Below, piece by piece: positions 29,317-32,000 of a stretch of DNA of 32,000 bases. Position 1 is the stretch's first letter; every line of letters starts with the position of its first letter. The notes under the pieces were generated by a model. It worked only from the letters and a program-made list of their open reading frames with translations. It had not been told where the DNA came from and did not search any database. Source of the stretch: Pyrodictium delaneyi (GTDB taxonomy: Archaea > Thermoproteota > Thermoprotei_A > Sulfolobales > Pyrodictiaceae); the NCBI RefSeq assembly GCF_001412615.1, contig NZ_CP013011.1, forward strand, positions 1,860,001 through 1,892,000, written 5' to 3'. The position numbers and the translations under genes were made by a program.

Positions 29317-29892
29317 GTGCATGAAAGAGACATGCGCAACCGTTCAGGTGAGCAAGGCCCCGAAGACCCCTCTCCCCCTCATTCTAGGGGGGCGCCTGTA
29401 TACAGTATGTATACAGTATACAGCACCGAAGAAAACATAAGAAAAGAGATAGAGGGGCTCCTAAGCACCCAAGACTTATTCTCTACAACAGATGTACTAT
29501 GTATAAGACTGCCATTAGCCTACAAGATTATCTACAAGAAGTTTGTCAGGGAAGACAAGCAGCGCATGGAACTCCTAAAGAAGAGCATAGGCGCAGCTAT
29601 CGCGGCTACCGCCAAGCTCTCTGGCGCAGAGATCCAGAAGATAAGCGAGGCCAGCCAAATAGTCGTCAACCTCAACGTGCATCATATCGAGCAGAAGATC
29701 GAGCAAAGATCGGAAATTGATGACATGCTACTTCGGCGTGCAGAGAATGCCCTAGACCAGCTTCTCACGGTCGTCGAGGCTCTCGAGAAGCAGCAAGTGG
29801 TCTACCGTTATGCAATACTCAACTATGCAAAGGAGATACGAAGGGCAGTGAACGATCTCAAGAAGCTTATAGAGGTGCTAAAGGGTTCGTAA
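29317..29892 (+). CDS. Hypothetical helical protein of the integrated element
   Basis: 191-aa ORF from GTG 29317 (GGTG 7 nt upstream), or 161 aa from ATG 29407. The body is predicted helical or coiled-coil (..DKQRMELLKKSIG...LLRRAENALDQLLTVVEALEKQQ..). No known motif. Confidence 0.5.
   Translation: MHERDMRNRSGEQGPEDPSPPHSRGAPVYSMYTVYSTEENIRKEIEGLLSTQDLFSTTDVLCIRLPLAYKIIYKKFVREDKQRMELLKKSIGAAIAATAKLSGAEIQKISEASQIVVNLNVHHIEQKIEQRSEIDDMLLRRAENALDQLLTVVEALEKQQVVYRYAILNYAKEIRRAVNDLKKLIEVLKGS
29333..29346 (+). promoter_or_regulatory. Degenerate third copy of the 14-mer (TGCGCAACCGTTCA, 12/14)
   Basis: It lies 49 nt downstream of copy 1. A partial inverted copy (ACAGTTGC, 29215-29222) overlaps the wHTH start codon. 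Confidence 0.4.
29397..29418. repeat. Tandem 11-bp repeat, 2 x TGTATACAGTA, each carrying the palindrome TGTATACA
   Basis: The copies at 29397-29407 and 29408-29418 are identical and are followed by a partial TACAG. The internal ATG 29407 lies inside the repeat. Confidence 0.8.
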
Positions 29893-29895
29893 CAC

Positions 29896-29920
29896 TTTTA
29901 TACTTCTGCGCAACTGTACA
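29896..29920 (+). promoter_or_regulatory. Promoter/operator module copy 2: TTTTATAC + 3 nt + TGCGCAACTGTACA
   Basis: It has the same geometry as 29273-29297. It sits 35 nt upstream of the ATG at 29955, in the only sizeable gap (53 nt) of the plus-strand gene array. Confidence 0.6.
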
Positions 29921-29954
29921 GTTACACGGCTGTGCGTGTGCGCAGGTGAGAGAG

Positions 29955-30188
29955 ATGGGCTCCAAACCCCGAATCCGAGTCTCAATATTCGTAGACCCCG
30001 AGATCGACCGCACAATAGAGCACCTCTCAATAGACTTGAACATGAAGAAGTACGAGATCTACGAGATAGGAGCGAGAGTGATAGTAGAGCTGCTAACGAC
30101 TGGGAAGCTAAGCGAGCAACTCCGCAACAAGATAGCAAGCATGCACAACAAGGTAGCCCGTGCTGAGCTCGCTGCGGCTACAGCATGA
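29955..30188 (+). CDS. Ribbon-helix-helix (CopG/Arc/MetJ-like) DNA-binding protein
   Basis: MGSKPRIRVSIFVDPEIDRTIEHLSIDLNMKKYEIYEIGARVIVELL.. shows a beta-strand followed by two helices, typical of RHH. AGGTGA (29944-29949) lies 5 nt upstream of the ATG. The track ORF starts at GTG 29946. Confidence 0.6.
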   Translation: MGSKPRIRVSIFVDPEIDRTIEHLSIDLNMKKYEIYEIGARVIVELLTTGKLSEQLRNKIASMHNKVARAELAAATA

Positions 30189-30207
30189 GCGTGGGGGTGA
30201 GGGTGTG

Positions 30208-30783
30208 GTGGCTGTGCTTAGGAAGTTTGTTGATGGCCTAGGTAAGGACAGGAATGTCTACTACGAGGTTGGTGATGGTGTGCTACTATCAGATGAAGAG
30301 TTAGTGATAGTCAAAGGGAATAATAGGGCTCTAGAGGGAAGTATTGACTTTACGAAGCTGGTCTACACAATCGCATCAGATATTAAGCCAAGCCTCTACA
30401 TGGTGCACATGATTGACAAAGGAAGAAACATCTACGTGTACATGCCACAAATACTGCTACTGAACGCAGTATTTCAATGGATAGATGAAATGCTAAGAGA
30501 GATTGACGAGAGTAACAAACGTCTACATGAGATATACATGGCTGACCTCGACTCGGGCAAGTACACGTCAGTGGAGAGGGAGCTCCGCGAAGCACTAGAC
30601 CTCATCAACGCGGTAAAGGAGTGGCTAAAGACTGCAAGGGTTCTGCTTGGGTGGCTGCAGGTCATAACAATGAATCCTGACCTTGTGAGGGGGAAGAAGA
30701 TCACGGTAGGACTAGAGAAGCGCGAGGCAGACGGCCTAGACAAGTACATGAAGAAGGAAGCCAAGGCAGAGGCCGAGGGGTGA
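30208..30783 (+). CDS. Hypothetical protein (about 190 aa) of the integrated element
   Basis: GGGGTGA (30194-30200) lies 7 nt upstream of GTG 30208. The N-terminal half looks beta-rich and the C-terminal half helical with a K/E-rich tail. No known motif. The track ORF begins at 30160, inside the preceding gene. Confidence 0.55.
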   Translation: MAVLRKFVDGLGKDRNVYYEVGDGVLLSDEELVIVKGNNRALEGSIDFTKLVYTIASDIKPSLYMVHMIDKGRNIYVYMPQILLLNAVFQWIDEMLREIDESNKRLHEIYMADLDSGKYTSVERELREALDLINAVKEWLKTARVLLGWLQVITMNPDLVRGKKITVGLEKREADGLDKYMKKEAKAEAEG

Positions 30784-30790
30784 CCAGAGG

Positions 30791-31027
30791 GTGGATTGTC
30801 TGCCGCGGCTGGTGCATGTGCATGGATGCTGGCTTGCCATCAAGGCGTCTAGCTGCGAGGAGCTGGAGAGGGCTGAGCGCATCCTAGAGGCCCTCGACGC
30901 GGAGAAGCTGCTCTACGAGGGTGCTCCCGTGGCGCCCGACTGCGCCAGGGTCTACGAAGAAGCCAGGGCAGCCCTGCAGGAGACCCAAGGAGTTGCAGTA
31001 GAAGCGGCATGGCCGAACCCGAGGTGA
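30791..31027 (+). CDS. Hypothetical small protein (78 aa)
   Basis: GTG start 7 nt after GAGGGGTGA (30775-30783). No known motif. Confidence 0.5.
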   Translation: MDCLPRLVHVHGCWLAIKASSCEELERAERILEALDAEKLLYEGAPVAPDCARVYEEARAALQETQGVAVEAAWPNPR

Positions 31028-31034
31028 CCGCGCG

Positions 31035-31208
31035 ATGAGGGTCATAACATTCAAAGCAGACGAAGAGCTCTTGGAGAGGCTAGACATGTTTGCACGCCTC
31101 AAGGGCGTGACACGGAGTGAGGTCATACGACGCGCCATCGAGCTCTACCTCAAACTAGAGGACTACAAGGTGCAGCCAGAACCAAAGATTGTGAGGCTGA
31201 CAAGCTGA
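31035..31208 (+). CDS. CopG-like ribbon-helix-helix protein (57 aa; below the ORF-track cutoff)
   Basis: Hand translation: MRVITFKADEELLERLDMFARLKGVTRSEVIRRAIELYLKLEDYKVQPEPKIVRLTS*. This is a textbook RHH pattern (beta-strand VITFKAD, helix A, G-x-[ST]-R-S-E, helix B). GAGGTGA (31021-31027) lies 7 nt upstream of the ATG. Confidence 0.75.
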   Translation: MRVITFKADEELLERLDMFARLKGVTRSEVIRRAIELYLKLEDYKVQPEPKIVRLTS

Positions 31209-31219
31209 GGTGACGGGCC

Positions 31220-31402
31220 GTGGCTGACGAGGAGTGCCAAGTTATTGATGGTGCTATAGTTGAACTGTGCAAAGAGGCTAGGCGCAGATGCATTGAAGAG
31301 GACGATGACGATGCATGTGCATTCTGGCGCTTCGACTGCCACATCGTAAGAGAGTGCCTAAAACTGCGAGAAAGAGGAGTGACGTGCCGTGCTGGACGCT
31401 AG
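31220..31402 (+). CDS. Small acidic cysteine-rich hypothetical protein (60 aa)
   Basis: GTG start 6 nt after GAGGTGA (31207-31213). It has seven Cys and an EEDDDD run. Its end overlaps the next gene by 14 nt. Confidence 0.45.
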   Translation: MADEECQVIDGAIVELCKEARRRCIEEDDDDACAFWRFDCHIVRECLKLRERGVTCRAGR

Positions 31403-31961
31403 GGCGTTGAAGGCCAGGTATTCCTCGAAGTGGCGGCTGGCAGCTAGGCGGGAGCTGCTTTCATATAATATACTGAATATACTGCTGGCCCGGTATGGCT
31501 GCTATGTGTTGTTCACGGGTGTCGGGAGCGGCTACACCGGCTACGTACCAGACAACTATGATAGCCCATTGAACGCCTTCGACTTCGCGGTTTTCTGCAG
31601 CAAGGGTAAGGGCGACGAGCTGGTAGCCTTTGTCGACGTTACCGGCTACCGGGACTACAGCGACGGCAGGGGCGACACTAAGCCCTGCATACTCTACAGG
31701 AAGGTGGAGAAGGCGAAGAGGCTTGGCATACCCCTGGAGCGGGTGTGGTTCCTACACTTCGTAGACACCAGGGTCTCAATGAGGCTGATCAACGCCCACC
31801 TGGTAGAGGAGATGCTGGCGCAGGGTCTGGCAGAGAAGCGGAAACTATACCGCGACGAGAACTGGTACATATGCATAGAGCAGCGCCGCTGGCTAGAACC
31901 ACGCAACTTCATGAAGTGGCTGGCAATGATGAAAGAGGTGAACAACAGTGGCCAGCTATGA
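31389..31961 (+). CDS. Hypothetical protein, possibly with a PD-(D/E)xK (Hjc/restriction-endonuclease-like) fold
   Basis: GTG start 6 nt after GGAGTGA (31376-31382). The order of elements resembles Hjc-type nucleases: helix with E (AARRELL), CYVLFTG, GSG loop, AFDFAVF, ELVAFVDVTGY, then a basic helix YRKVEKAKRLG. However, the third motif reads DVT rather than ExK. Confidence 0.4.
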   Translation: MLDARALKARYSSKWRLAARRELLSYNILNILLARYGCYVLFTGVGSGYTGYVPDNYDSPLNAFDFAVFCSKGKGDELVAFVDVTGYRDYSDGRGDTKPCILYRKVEKAKRLGIPLERVWFLHFVDTRVSMRLINAHLVEEMLAQGLAEKRKLYRDENWYICIEQRRWLEPRNFMKWLAMMKEVNNSGQL

Positions 31962-32000
31962 GCCGTACAGCTGGAGCGGCTCCTCGAGGAGCTGGCTGAT

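Larger units (their letters stand above)
28338..32000. mobile_element. Left part of an integrated fusellovirus- or pRN-plasmid-like element (continues beyond the window)
   Basis: An att-containing tRNA and Int(N) mark the boundary. After it, gene content switches to short ORFs, wHTH and RHH regulators and repeated operator motifs. No second att copy or Int(C) lies within the window. Confidence 0.65.

Noticed and set aside
31948-32000. Two short open frames at the window edge: plus-strand GTG 31948 (VASYEPYSW..) and a minus-strand C-terminus (..ISQLLEEPLQLYGS*) ending at 31956
   Set aside because: Only 14-17 codons are visible, so it is impossible to decide which one, if either, is a gene.

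Overview
This window looks like a compact, GC-rich archaeal chromosome segment, probably from a hyperthermophilic crenarchaeon. That origin is inferred from gene content: Orc1/Cdc6, aEF-1beta, Pth2, FEN-1, Cdc48, archaeal Nob1, Trm5 and an SSV-type integrase. All family assignments come from motifs read by eye; no searches were run.

Positions 1-28300 are mostly housekeeping:
- a molybdate/tungstate-type ABC importer with a Tfx-family regulator embedded antisense in it
- a nitroreductase
- a lower-GC trio: DUF99, an SQR-like flavoprotein and DUF1641
- an MBL hydrolase
- tRNA-Lys, orc1/cdc6, then a 750-bp non-coding stretch that holds tRNA-Ala and is a candidate replication origin
- a KH protein, TruD, Pth2, a Zn-ribbon protein, aEF-1beta, Cdc48, FEN-1, PIMT, DUF371, Trm5, NAD kinase, Nob1, an alcohol dehydrogenase and a PUA-NSUN m5C methyltransferase
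- a possibly frameshifted membrane protein, FeoB, and a CPBP protease gene decayed by multiple frameshifts

The most interesting part starts at tRNA-Arg(CCU), 28307-28384. An ORF on the opposite strand reads through the 3' half of the tRNA and looks like the N-terminal fragment (Int(N)) of a partitioned SSV-type integrase. This marks the left end of an integrated virus- or plasmid-like element that runs off the window at 32000.

The visible cargo of the element is:
- a wHTH regulator
- two ribbon-helix-helix (RHH) proteins, one of them missed by the ORF track
- a duplicated 25-bp promoter/operator module and tandem TGTATACA palindromes
- a tight array of Shine-Dalgarno (SD)-preceded small genes of unknown function, ending in a possible PD-(D/E)xK-like protein

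No CRISPR array, rRNA gene or transposase was seen.
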